From positions 70,524 to 134,523 of the forward strand of contig CAYQXY010000001.1 of NCBI GenBank assembly GCA_964421595.1: DNA of 64,000 bases. Reading direction: 5' to 3'. The stretch comes from an uncultured Bacteroidales bacterium (GTDB lineage: Bacteria > Bacteroidota > Bacteroidia > Bacteroidales > PUMT01). The notes below the pieces were generated by a model, which was not told the origin of the DNA, searched no databases, and worked only from the letters and a program-made list of their open reading frames with translations. The translations under genes and the position numbers were made by a program. Below are positions 18,460-28,396 of this stretch, piece after piece. Each line of letters starts with the position of its first letter. Within the stretch, counting starts at the first letter, position 1.

Positions 18460-20373
18460 TTATTTTACCGGCAACCCCTCTTTTTCAATGGCATAATTGG
18501 TCTGATTCCCAAACACATCATCACCATTTGAAATTATAAGTATTACATCATTAAAATCTTCATCACCGTTTTTTAACATATCTTCAAAACCAAGAACAAT
18601 ATCAAGGCAGCTTTCCTCAAGGAAGAGGACATGCTTACGATCTTCACCAGGATTAAAGGCAGGGTTTGTATAAACTGTATGAATCCCATCAACCATTTTT
18701 TTCAATTGCCTGTCCCAACCCTGGGCGACTATGTAGAACCCGATTATTGTACCTTCCTCAAACACAATGTCTCCTCCCAGCCTGATCCTTTCGCCCATAG
18801 CTCTTTTCTGGCCATTGGCGCTTTCATTAACATAGGGGTAAACAATCTCTCTGGCATCAAGATCAATAAGCTCTTCAACACTTGCCGGCGGATTGTCCTT
18901 ATGGTAGCTGTAATAACCAAATGAATTATGCCATCCTGCTCCATTATGTATGAAAGTGATATAAACCGGGGCATCTTCTGTTAACTCTATTGTTCCCGGC
19001 AATGACATATCTGACAGGTTATGTGATGGATGGTTAGAATTATGAATGCTCTTCGTTTCAGGGAATAGTTCGACTATCCTGTCCCATAATGTTTCACAGG
19101 TCTCAGTAGGTTCTACAGGGACAATCTCCAGTATTTTAAGTCCACCTTTTCCGGTAGCAACAAAGATCTTGTTATCCCTTGCTTCAACAAAATTAGCTGA
19201 TGAACCATATTCAAACATGAACTTTCCAATTGTTTCAATTTCTCCGGAATTATAATGCTCAGCAATATGGATACCGGAACCGCCATTGGCAACCAGTATA
19301 AGGTTATCATTCAATGAAACCCCGTTGCTAACATAATTAAGCGGAGTGTCGGCATTTTCATATTCTACCGGACGTGGAAGAGAACCAGCTTTTTCACCGG
19401 TATTGATATTATAAACTTCCATCCCTCCTGTCCCTGCTGCAACAAAAACAAGATCACCCTTAAGTCTGATAATTGATTTCGCCTCGAGATATTGATCGTT
19501 AAAAAAGTGATCGCCACCAGTACTGATCTCATTTTTACGATTCCCCTCCATATCATAAACAAACAACTTGCTGTCCTCAGCACTGTATACGACCAGATTT
19601 GTACCATCAGTGTCAACAGAGCGGGTGTATGGTATATCAATAAATTTACTCATGTCCAGACCGTTGTTCAAAAAGGTTAGTCCCCCGTCAGAACCCGAAG
19701 TTGCAAATACCTTCTCAGAATGATAACGCACATCATTTCCTGTGCGCCCGGGCAGGTCATAGAAACTGCGGACCTTGTCAAGATGCTTGAACTGGTTTGC
19801 TTCATTTACAATTACCCTCTCAACAACTGCGGGTGATTCCAGTTCGAGTTGATCAAAATCAAGATTACGTGCCCCGGCAAGATATACAAAGTTGTTGTTC
19901 CCCTCTCCTAGTGGACTGACATCTACCGAACTAATGTCTTTTTCAGGAAATGTCGCATGGGATATAAGTACCGGATTTCTTATATCGCTGACATCAAAAA
20001 TATCGACACCACCGAGATAATCAGGTCCCTTTAAATTATACGTTACATAAGCATAGTTATCGACTATCTTAATATGTGACGCCTGCAGGGTTCTGCCTTC
20101 ATGAACCGGGGGATCAACCTCAGCCCGCAGATATATCTGGTACTGGGTTGCAGATTTCAGACTCTTGGTTGTTGAAATAAAGTCCACCGGCAAAATCTGC
20201 ATGCTATTATTGTCGGTATTGATTTTAACCCTTTTACTCAAAACATTAAGATCATTGTTAATGACCATTTCATCCTGATTGAATATGTCTTCAATGGGAT
20301 GTTTTTCACATGAGGTTATTACAATTGCCGCCAGGGCAGTTATTAAAAGTAATCTGGTAAATTTGTCTCTCAT
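18460..20373 (-). CDS. Lipoprotein with LVIVD-type beta-propeller repeats and a C-terminal DUF4114-like domain
   Basis: 637 aa with lipobox ITSC. Repeats include LVVYSAED..LFVYDM, LVFVAAGTGGMEVYNI, LILVANGGSGIHIAE and KIFVATGKGGLKILEI. The C-terminal LGFEDMLKNGDEDFNDVILIISNG is DUF4114-like. Confidence 0.6.
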   Translation of the reverse strand: MRDKFTRLLLITALAAIVITSCEKHPIEDIFNQDEMVINNDLNVLSKRVKINTDNNSMQILPVDFISTTKSLKSATQYQIYLRAEVDPPVHEGRTLQASHIKIVDNYAYVTYNLKGPDYLGGVDIFDVSDIRNPVLISHATFPEKDISSVDVSPLGEGNNNFVYLAGARNLDFDQLELESPAVVERVIVNEANQFKHLDKVRSFYDLPGRTGNDVRYHSEKVFATSGSDGGLTFLNNGLDMSKFIDIPYTRSVDTDGTNLVVYSAEDSKLFVYDMEGNRKNEISTGGDHFFNDQYLEAKSIIRLKGDLVFVAAGTGGMEVYNINTGEKAGSLPRPVEYENADTPLNYVSNGVSLNDNLILVANGGSGIHIAEHYNSGEIETIGKFMFEYGSSANFVEARDNKIFVATGKGGLKILEIVPVEPTETCETLWDRIVELFPETKSIHNSNHPSHNLSDMSLPGTIELTEDAPVYITFIHNGAGWHNSFGYYSYHKDNPPASVEELIDLDAREIVYPYVNESANGQKRAMGERIRLGGDIVFEEGTIIGFYIVAQGWDRQLKKMVDGIHTVYTNPAFNPGEDRKHVLFLEESCLDIVLGFEDMLKNGDEDFNDVILIISNGDDVFGNQTNYAIEKEGLPVK

Positions 20374-20897
20374 CTTCCTTTGTTTTCATTAAAAAATATA
20401 AACCCTTAAGTATGTAAAAAACATGGTTTCCCATTATACGAAAAACTTCAGGTTTTGTTGGTAGAAGTTTGACCAATTTGCATATTTCTTACACCAAAAT
20501 ATAAAAAACACAAACAAGTGTCTAAATTTAATCCAGATCCAGCCAACAAGCCCTTTACTCAAACCGGGTATGCAAGGTAGAAACATTATAGTTATCATGC
20601 AAGAGTCATTTGACAATTAAGTTAAAGAACCGGATCAGCAAAATAGTCTGCGTTTGGCTTTTAAACCGGTTAGCTAAACAAACCAGATTCTTAACTAAAC
20701 TATAATTTGAATAATTATAAATTACGAAAAATGAATACTTATCAATGTTTAATTGAATTTCTTTTACTTATTTTACGTATCTTTCTTTTATAAAAGCCTT
20801 TACATAATTCAATAATTAACATATACAACTAACTGATTTTATTAACTTTGTTGATTAACAGCCTTGAAAGTTTACTAAAAAGAGGATAATTATCATT

Positions 20898-21683
20898 ATG
20901 ATGAAAATTGCATTTTCTCTGATTTTTTTACTGGGCTTCCAGATTATGTCGGCCCAGGGTGGATTGACACAGGAAACCGTTATAGGGGTGGATGAGAAGC
21001 TGGGGGAAACACTCCCCGACGATATAAGACTTATTGACGAATCAGGGGATACTGTATACCTGGAACACCTCATCGACAAACCTACTATCATTACACTGGT
21101 ATACTACCGTTGTCCGGGTATTTGCAGTCCTCTTATGGAAGGAGTTGCAGTAGCCATTGACAGGACAGACCTGAAACTCGGAGAAGAGTACCAGGTTTTG
21201 ACAATAAGCTTTGATGCCAGGGAAACTACCGAACTGGCAGTTAATAAAAAACGCAACCATCTTACTCTGATGCGCAACCGTGAGGCTCAGGAACACTGGA
21301 AATTTTTCACCTCAGACAGTGCAAGCATTGCCCGGCTTACCGACGGAGTTGGATTCAGATATAAAAGGGCCGGCAATGATTTTATACATTCTGCCACTCT
21401 TGTAGTGGTTAGCCCCGAAGGAAAAATAAGCCGTTATCTTAATGGAACATATTTTCTTCCTTTCGAAGTAAAAATGGCGGTACTGGAGGCTTCTGAAGGA
21501 AGAGTCGGACCTACAATCAACAAGATCCTGCAATTTTGCTACGCATATGACCCTGCAGGACAAACCTATGTTCTGAATATTACGAAAGTGGCAGGAATTA
21601 TAATTGTATTTTTCTCTGTACTCCTTCTGATTGTCCTTAGTGTTAAACCAATAACACGGAAAATAAGGGGTGCCGCCAAATAA
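20898..21683 (+). CDS. SCO1/SenC-family copper chaperone
   Basis: 261 aa with a signal peptide, the thioredoxin-fold motif YYRCPGICSP (CxxxC) and a C-terminal TM helix. It lies at the head of the cytochrome oxidase cluster. Confidence 0.8.
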   Translation: MMKIAFSLIFLLGFQIMSAQGGLTQETVIGVDEKLGETLPDDIRLIDESGDTVYLEHLIDKPTIITLVYYRCPGICSPLMEGVAVAIDRTDLKLGEEYQVLTISFDARETTELAVNKKRNHLTLMRNREAQEHWKFFTSDSASIARLTDGVGFRYKRAGNDFIHSATLVVVSPEGKISRYLNGTYFLPFEVKMAVLEASEGRVGPTINKILQFCYAYDPAGQTYVLNITKVAGIIIVFFSVLLLIVLSVKPITRKIRGAAK

Positions 21684-21831
21684 CCAAATTATTCCAGGGC
21701 GATCCCTGTTTAAATTTACTGATACAGTCAATCAACGAGGCAGCCTGAAGTGAGCAAAATGACTATTATATAATTATATATCTGATTTACTAAATTGCAA
21801 TATTTCCGGAGAACCAATTAAACCAATACTA

Positions 21832-23448
21832 ATGTCTGAAAGCGTTAACTCCTCAATGCAGCCCAGTTATCTCCAATATAAGGGAAAGTACAAGGGAATT
21901 TTTGCATGGATATTTTCGACCGACCATAAAAGGGTCGGACTCCTGTATCTTTATTCTGTCATGGGATTCTTCATTGTTGGAGCAATTCTGGGACTGATGA
22001 TGAAAATGGAACTTATTGCTCCGGGGAAAACCATCATGGGCCCACAGGCTTATAATGGCTTTTTTACGCTCCATGGTATAATAATGATCTTTCTTATTGT
22101 CATACCCGGTACTCCAGCAATATTCGGAAATTTTTTCCTTCCTCTTATGATCGGCGCAAAGGATGTGGCTTTTCCAAGGCTGAATCTTGCATCATGGTGG
22201 ATTTATATGATTGGAGCCATAGTGGTTCTTTTTTCCCAGTTTACAGGTGGCGGACCTCCTGATACAGGATGGACCTTCTACGCACCATACAGTTTCCAGA
22301 CACCAACCAATATGCTCCCTGCAGTTCTCGGGGCATTCATACTTGGCTTTTCCTCTATCCTGACAGGACTGAACTTCATAGTTACAATTCACAGGATGCG
22401 GGCTCCTGGAATGACATGGCTTAAAATGCCGCTTTTCCCGTGGACTTTATACGCGACTGCCTGGATACAGATAATTGCAACACCAATTGTTGGTATAACA
22501 CTTCTTATGATAGCGGCAGAGCGTGTGTTAAAGATAGGATTCTTTGATCCGGCACTTGGCGGCGACCCAATTTTGTACCAGCATCTGTTCTGGATATATT
22601 CGCATCCTGCAGTATATATAATGATATTACCAGGTATGGGTGTCATATCGGAAATAATACCAACTTTTGCAAGGAAAACCATATTCGGATATCAGGCCAT
22701 AATAGTTTCAACGCTTGCCATTGCATTTGTTGGATACTTTGTCTGGGGTCACCACATGTTTACCTCCGGAATGAGCGGAGTAGCACTTTTCACATTTTCA
22801 ATATTGACATTCCTGGTTGCTATACCAAGTGCTGTAAAGGTTTTCAACTGGGTATCGACACTGCACAAAGCTTCCATAAATATGCAGGTTCCATTGTACT
22901 GGGCGCTGTCATTTATTTTTGTATTTATGGTTGGCGGGTTTAGCGGACTGACTCTGGGTGCACTTTCAACAAACGTCCATCTTCATGACACACATTTTGT
23001 TGTGGCACATTTCCATTTCATAGTCTTTGGCGGCACCGGCTTCTCCTTTCTGGCTGCCATGCATTACTGGTTCCCCAAAATGTTTGGAAAGACCTATGAC
23101 AGAAGATGGGCATTTTCAGGCTGGATAACTTTTTTCGCAGGATTCTTAACCCTTTACACCCCGATGTTTTATCTCGGTATAGATGGTATGCCCAGAAGGT
23201 ACTACGACTATGTTGATCAGTTTCATGACTGGAATATAGTTTCATCCTTTGGTTCAATAGTTATGGTCGCAGGCCTGGCCATAATAATAATCAACCTTGT
23301 CAAATCAGCCATGTGGGGAAAAAAATCGGAACACAATCCGTGGAAGGGTATCACACTGGAATGGACTGTACCTACTCCTCCTCCACTTGAAAATTTTGAT
23401 GAAATACCGCAGGTAACAAAAGATCCATATGATTTTACTAAAGAATAG
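21832..23448 (+). CDS. ctaD: Cytochrome c oxidase subunit I
   Basis: 538 aa with 12 or more TM segments and canonical heme-copper oxidase motifs (WFFGHPEVY-like IYSHPAVYIMILPGMG, and HHMF). Confidence 0.95.
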   Translation: MSESVNSSMQPSYLQYKGKYKGIFAWIFSTDHKRVGLLYLYSVMGFFIVGAILGLMMKMELIAPGKTIMGPQAYNGFFTLHGIIMIFLIVIPGTPAIFGNFFLPLMIGAKDVAFPRLNLASWWIYMIGAIVVLFSQFTGGGPPDTGWTFYAPYSFQTPTNMLPAVLGAFILGFSSILTGLNFIVTIHRMRAPGMTWLKMPLFPWTLYATAWIQIIATPIVGITLLMIAAERVLKIGFFDPALGGDPILYQHLFWIYSHPAVYIMILPGMGVISEIIPTFARKTIFGYQAIIVSTLAIAFVGYFVWGHHMFTSGMSGVALFTFSILTFLVAIPSAVKVFNWVSTLHKASINMQVPLYWALSFIFVFMVGGFSGLTLGALSTNVHLHDTHFVVAHFHFIVFGGTGFSFLAAMHYWFPKMFGKTYDRRWAFSGWITFFAGFLTLYTPMFYLGIDGMPRRYYDYVDQFHDWNIVSSFGSIVMVAGLAIIIINLVKSAMWGKKSEHNPWKGITLEWTVPTPPPLENFDEIPQVTKDPYDFTKE

Positions 23449-23453
23449 CTGAA

Positions 23454-24071
23454 ATGGAACACTCTACTGTAATTTCACATGTCCATCGTGATGATGAAGC
23501 CGACAAACTGGGGATGTGGTTATTTATTTTCAGTGAATTGCTGCTTTTTGGAGTACTCTTTCTGACATATTCCATATACAGATATTTGCACCCTGTGGCA
23601 TTTGGTCTGGCGGCAGAGGAACTGGACGTTGTAGTTGGCACCATAAATACCATAATTCTTTTGCTCAGCAGCCTGACAATAGCAATGTCAATCACAGCTG
23701 TTCAAACCGGCAGAAAACAGCATGCCATAGCTTTTCTTGGTGCTACTCTCTTTCTATCCCTGATATTCATGGTTAATAAATATTTTGAGTGGAGTGACAA
23801 AATAAGCCACGGGTTGTATCCCGGATCGGAGCATATGCAGGGCCTCGGCCAGGGAGACACGTTGTTTTTCGGTCTGTATTATATGCTGACAGGGGTTCAC
23901 GCCCTGCATATGATCATTGGAATGGCAATTATAGGATTTGTAATCTATGAAGTCAAAAGAGGCAAGATCAATAAAGGAGATTATGCCTTCCTGGAGAATA
24001 CCGGATTATACTGGCACCTGGTTGATCTGATCTGGATATTTCTATTCCCGCTATTCTATTTGGTAACCTGA
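23454..24071 (+). CDS. ctaE: Cytochrome c oxidase subunit III
   Basis: 205 aa. It has GMWLFIFSELLLFG, and a C-terminal YWHLVDLIWIFLFPLFYL. Confidence 0.9.
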   Translation: MEHSTVISHVHRDDEADKLGMWLFIFSELLLFGVLFLTYSIYRYLHPVAFGLAAEELDVVVGTINTIILLLSSLTIAMSITAVQTGRKQHAIAFLGATLFLSLIFMVNKYFEWSDKISHGLYPGSEHMQGLGQGDTLFFGLYYMLTGVHALHMIIGMAIIGFVIYEVKRGKINKGDYAFLENTGLYWHLVDLIWIFLFPLFYLVT

Positions 24072-24084
24072 AAAAATCACAGAA

Positions 24085-24426
24085 ATGGCAGACCTGGAAA
24101 AAAAGATTGAACATAAAGTTGAAGAAACAGAAGATCGCCTGGAGGCACAGGGCTCACATCATATTGTTCCCTATAAATCACTTATACTTGTACTATTATC
24201 ACTGATTGTCCTGACAATTCTTTCCGTGGCCGTTACGAGTGTTGAGCTTGGACCTCTTACAGTAACCATTGCCCTGTTGCTTGCCTCGACAAAAGCCCTT
24301 ATTGTGCTGATATACTTTATGCACCTGAAGTTTGACAATATAATGTATACACTGTTACTGATATTTACATTATTTGCAATCATCAGCATCATAATTATAA
24401 CATTTTTGGATTACTTATTCAGATAA
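24085..24426 (+). CDS. Cytochrome c oxidase subunit IV (prokaryotic small subunit)
   Basis: 113 aa with three TM helices and the YFMHLKFD motif. It follows subunit III. Confidence 0.75.
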   Translation: MADLEKKIEHKVEETEDRLEAQGSHHIVPYKSLILVLLSLIVLTILSVAVTSVELGPLTVTIALLLASTKALIVLIYFMHLKFDNIMYTLLLIFTLFAIISIIIITFLDYLFR

Positions 24427-24436
24427 ATCTCATATC

Positions 24437-25375
24437 ATGAATCAAGAGATAAACGAATTTTCAAATTTTGTACCCGGTTTTGATACCACTTTGAGTTTAA
24501 TTTTCTGGACCGGCATTTTCTTTATTGCAGGTATCAGCATTACCATGATATATTTTCTGTACACATACAATAATAAAAAAAATCCGGTTGCAACTCAAAT
24601 CAAGGGAAGTCTGCCGCTGGAAATTATATGGACTGCTATTCCTGTAGGACTGGTAATTGTAATGTTCTACTTTGGCTGGACAGGATGGAAGCCAATGATG
24701 GATCCGCCGGAGGATGCCATGGTCGTTAAAAGTTATGCAAGGATGTGGAGCTGGATGTTTGAGTATGAAAACGGCAGAATAACTGATACTTTATACGTTC
24801 CTCAGAATCAGCCTGTAAGAGTAGACCTGATAGCTCAGGATGTATTACACAGCCTTTATATTCCTGCCTTCAGAATCAAGCAGGATATGGTTCCGGGAAA
24901 AGAAGGATTTCTGTGGTTCGAAGCAGGAATACCAGGAACGTACGATCTGTTCTGTGCCGAATATTGCGGATTGCAGCATGCCTTTATGACAACTGCAGTA
25001 GTCGTAATGCCTGAATATGATTTTGTAGCCTGGCTTGCTGATACAACTCAGGTCCTGGTAGCAGATACGGAACAGCCAGGTGCACAGGGACTGCAGGTAT
25101 TAAGGCTTAATGGGTGCTTTGCCTGTCATTCAACCGACAGGTCTCAACTCGTTGGGCCAACCTTTGCAGGATTATTCGGTTCTACGGTCAGGGTTATGAC
25201 CGACGGGGAGGAAAGAGAAGTAGTTGCCGATGAAGATTATATCAGACGTTCCATCTATGAGCCCAATGCAGACATTACAGTTGGATACCCTCGCGGATTG
25301 ATGTTATCCTACCAGAACCTGATAGATGAAGACGGCATTCAGCATATTGTCGAATATCTGAAAACTCTTGAATAA
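24437..25375 (+). CDS. ctaC: Cytochrome c oxidase subunit II fused to a C-terminal mono-heme cytochrome c domain (caa3 type)
   Basis: 312 aa. CuA ligands are HSLYIPAF ... CAEYCGLQHAFM. The C-terminal heme site is CFACHS. Confidence 0.9.
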   Translation: MNQEINEFSNFVPGFDTTLSLIFWTGIFFIAGISITMIYFLYTYNNKKNPVATQIKGSLPLEIIWTAIPVGLVIVMFYFGWTGWKPMMDPPEDAMVVKSYARMWSWMFEYENGRITDTLYVPQNQPVRVDLIAQDVLHSLYIPAFRIKQDMVPGKEGFLWFEAGIPGTYDLFCAEYCGLQHAFMTTAVVVMPEYDFVAWLADTTQVLVADTEQPGAQGLQVLRLNGCFACHSTDRSQLVGPTFAGLFGSTVRVMTDGEEREVVADEDYIRRSIYEPNADITVGYPRGLMLSYQNLIDEDGIQHIVEYLKTLE

Positions 25376-25481
25376 GTAACGCATACTTAAGGCGATAGGT
25401 GATTTGCAGGAATTATAGTACTTTTGAATTCTCGAAATACAATTTGATCTGCTATCTCACTGTTTAATAGTCTTAATAACC

Positions 25482-26363
25482 TTGTCAATAATTGCTACAG
25501 CCAGAGATTCTGCCAGAATTGCCGGCACTCTTTCCAAGGTACGCATATCATTACCGGTAACAGCTACGACATTTACCGGTTTTATAGTGTATTCCGGAAA
25601 TCTGACCACCGATCTGATCCCCCTTCTTACCGGAGTATTTCTGCTTGCTTCCGGCTCATCAGCACTTAATCACTACCAGGAACAGGATACGGACAGGGTT
25701 ATGGAAAGAACGAAAAACCGTCCCCTCCCCCGGGGACTGATTACACCTGTCTTTGTATTATTATTTTCATTGATATTGCTGGCTTCAGGGAGTCTCATAC
25801 TATATTTATCCTTTCGTCTGCCGGTCGTTCTTTTAGGTCTCTTCAATGTCATCTGGTATAATGCAGTTTATACAAACTTAAAAAAGATTACTGCATTTGC
25901 TGTGATTCCCGGCTCTGTTACCGGGGGGGTTCCTCCAGTTATCGGTTGGGTTGCTGCAGGAGGGTACTGGCTTGATACTTCTGTTCTTTTGATATTTGTG
26001 TTCTTTGTTATAGGCCAGATCCCACATTTCTGGCTTTTACTGCTAAAATATGGCAAACAATATGAAAAAGCAGGGCTGCCAAGTCTGACATCTTTTTTTT
26101 CATACAGGCAAATAAGCAGAATAAGTGTTGCGTGGATTGCTGCCACACTTGCAGCGTCGGGACTCTTGCCGGCATATGGATTAATCAGCAACCCCTTTGT
26201 TTTATATTCATATATGTTAATAGCAAGCCTTTTTATTGTGGTCATTATTACACCTTTTGTTTGCATGCGAATTAAAGACATGCAAGGCCTTCACTTCCTC
26301 GCATTGAACTTATTTTATCTTTTAATGATGCTGCTTCTTGTGATTGACAATATAAATATTTGA
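25482..26363 (+). CDS. ctaB: Protoheme IX farnesyltransferase (heme O synthase)
   Basis: 293 aa, UbiA-family polytopic protein with NHYQEQDTDRVMERTKNRPLPRG. There is no early in-frame ATG, so the start is a TTG. Confidence 0.75.
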   Translation: MSIIATARDSARIAGTLSKVRISLPVTATTFTGFIVYSGNLTTDLIPLLTGVFLLASGSSALNHYQEQDTDRVMERTKNRPLPRGLITPVFVLLFSLILLASGSLILYLSFRLPVVLLGLFNVIWYNAVYTNLKKITAFAVIPGSVTGGVPPVIGWVAAGGYWLDTSVLLIFVFFVIGQIPHFWLLLLKYGKQYEKAGLPSLTSFFSYRQISRISVAWIAATLAASGLLPAYGLISNPFVLYSYMLIASLFIVVIITPFVCMRIKDMQGLHFLALNLFYLLMMLLLVIDNINI

Positions 26364-26656
26364 CCACACAACTTAAACCTGCACTGAATCTTAATACCAC
26401 CAGTTTAACATATATAATTCTACATTAGCACATTATCGCTGCAAGAATAATTTTAAACGGAAATTGAACATTTACTGAATAACACCGTTTAATATTTGAG
26501 TTGACGTAAACTACTGATTTAACTGAATCATCAGTTTTTCACTTTTCGTCTATCACACTTTAACTAATGGAATAACTAACATATAATCAACACAATAACA
26601 AAGTCTTATTTTGATGTATCTACCACGAACCAGGGCACTCAGAAAGAAATGAATAA

Positions 26657-26737
26657 GGCATGGGCGATCTATCCCTGGCAAACACGTTAAACGGACACAT
26701 ATCTTACTTTAATTAAAAATAATAACACTTTATTCCG
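26657..26737 (+). promoter_or_regulatory. Copy (e) of the GATC-hairpin/CACGT/TTACTT/ATTCCG upstream cassette, abutting the copper-chaperone ATG
   Basis: The sequence is GGCATGGGCGATCTATCCCTGGCAAACACGTTAAACGGACACATATCTTACTTTAATTAAAAATAATAACACTTTATTCCG-ATG. It aligns along its full length with the copies before actD and psd. Confidence 0.55.
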
Positions 26738-27085
26738 ATGAAAAGATCAATTCCTATCCTGCTTCTTGCAATTGCACTCAGTGCATGCCAGGGAAGCGGT
26801 GAATCAAGAACCGCAGAAGAAAACTATCCTGAACCTGCAGTGGAAGTTGCCGCTGAAAATATGGCGACTATTAGTTTCGATGTAGAGGGAATGACTTGCC
26901 CCTCATGTGAAAACACTGTTAAACAATCACTTGAGAGGATAGAAGGTGTGGTCGAAGCACAGGCATCTCATCTCGACAGCCTGACAGTTGTTCAATATGA
27001 CAAGAGCCGCGTTACCGCTGAAGAAATGGAGGAAGCCATAGTATCGAGAGGTTATAAGGTTACAGGCCATAGTCCGCGCCAATAA
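26738..27085 (+). CDS. Heavy-metal-associated (HMA) domain lipoprotein, probable periplasmic copper chaperone
   Basis: 115 aa with lipobox LSAC and the metal site GMTCPSCENTV in a ferredoxin-like HMA fold. Confidence 0.75.
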   Translation: MKRSIPILLLAIALSACQGSGESRTAEENYPEPAVEVAAENMATISFDVEGMTCPSCENTVKQSLERIEGVVEAQASHLDSLTVVQYDKSRVTAEEMEEAIVSRGYKVTGHSPRQ

Positions 27086-27210
27086 ACCGCAATATCGCAA
27101 CCCTGGTATTTGCCCTGACATCGCAAAGCATAATAAATATCGGGATATTCTATCCGGAAAACCTCTTGACCTATTATAAAAATACAGGATTGTTCAGATG
27201 GTTTAAACCA

Positions 27211-28371
27211 TTACAGGTGGTGATTCAGGCTTTCCTGCAAAAACGGATGATTTACCGGAACCAGGGAAGCCCTTGATAGAGCATACATAAAAAGCAGCAT
27301 AAACAGACCTGCAAATCCGGCGAAACTCCCTATTTCGATAAACCCTATGTTAATATAGCCAATGCTGCCCGGCATAATCTGAAGGAACAGGCTTATATAA
27401 AAGCCAAAAAGAAGAAGCACGCTTATTGAAGCAAGAACAACCCTCTTGCGGCCAATTTCATCAGACATCAGGATGAGGAACGGAATAGTCCAGTTAACAA
27501 TCAACTCGGTATAAAAGAGAAAACTCCACGGTTCGTTAACCCTGTAGACATAATAAAACGTTGTTTCGGGTATATTTGCAAACCAAATAATAAAATATTG
27601 CATAAACCAGAGATAACCCCATACTATGCTCAATCTGAACAGGTATCGTGAAAAATCATTGAGATGATATTTATTAAGGGGAGCGAAGTATCCTGAATTA
27701 TTGAGCCAGAGAATCATCAACACCATAAAGGCAATTGCATAATAAAAAGATGATATAATGGCCTTGAGCCCGAACAAGGTACTGAACCAATGTGAATCAA
27801 TGGACATAATCCAGTCAAAAGCTGCTACCGAGAATGTCAGGGCATATACAAATATAAACACCCGTGAAAAATGCTTTAACTTTATAAACATGGCAAGCCC
27901 GCCTTCGGTGTCTTCACGCAACGAATATTTCCTGATAATATAAAGCAAAAAGCTCCAGGCACCGAAAAGCAGAAGTACCCTGATATAAAAGAAAGGGATA
28001 TTCAGGTATGGCGCCTTGTGAGCTATCAGGTAATCTTCTTCCGTTATTCCCGGAACCGCCCATTCATATATTTCCCTTACCCCGGCAAGCATTATCAGCA
28101 TAACGACAAAAGCAACAGGAACATAGGAAGTCATGGCCTCAGGTATTCGCTTGAACATGGTTGACCAGCCTGACTCAGTTACATATTGTATGGATATAAA
28201 AAACAATGCCCCCAGTGCAATTGAGAGAAAATAAAAGTTATTCAGCAAAATGCTGGCCCAGGTTCTTGAAGAATCTGTAATAAAGCCAAAAATCAATGCC
28301 AGTAACCCTGCAGCAATTAATACCATGGCAAGTATTCTGGCCTTCTGAGGAATTTCGAATGTATCTCTCAT
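27211..28371 (-). CDS. actF: Alternative complex III subunit ActF (NrfD-like membrane subunit 2)
   Basis: Polytopic protein that is last in the act cluster. I place the start at ATG 28371 (MRDTFEIPQK...). The ORF track's TTG start at 28431 would overlap actE by 35 nt. Confidence 0.7.
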   Translation of the reverse strand: MRDTFEIPQKARILAMVLIAAGLLALIFGFITDSSRTWASILLNNFYFLSIALGALFFISIQYVTESGWSTMFKRIPEAMTSYVPVAFVVMLIMLAGVREIYEWAVPGITEEDYLIAHKAPYLNIPFFYIRVLLLFGAWSFLLYIIRKYSLREDTEGGLAMFIKLKHFSRVFIFVYALTFSVAAFDWIMSIDSHWFSTLFGLKAIISSFYYAIAFMVLMILWLNNSGYFAPLNKYHLNDFSRYLFRLSIVWGYLWFMQYFIIWFANIPETTFYYVYRVNEPWSFLFYTELIVNWTIPFLILMSDEIGRKRVVLASISVLLLFGFYISLFLQIMPGSIGYINIGFIEIGSFAGFAGLFMLLFMYALSRASLVPVNHPFLQESLNHHL

Positions 28372-28396
28372 TTCAATAATTATATCTGGTAATAAA

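Noticed and set aside
26513-26539. Terminator-like hairpin ACTGAT(N11)ATCAGT plus a T-run, 150 nt after ctaB
   Set aside because: The stem is only 6 bp, AT-rich, and far from the stop codon. It is too weak to list as a feature.
26672-26695. Sigma-54 (-24/-12) promoter reading of the CTGGCA...ACGTT segment of the cassette
   Set aside because: A GG is present, but the position 12 nt downstream carries TTAA or TGAC instead of TTGC in every copy, so the -12 element is missing.
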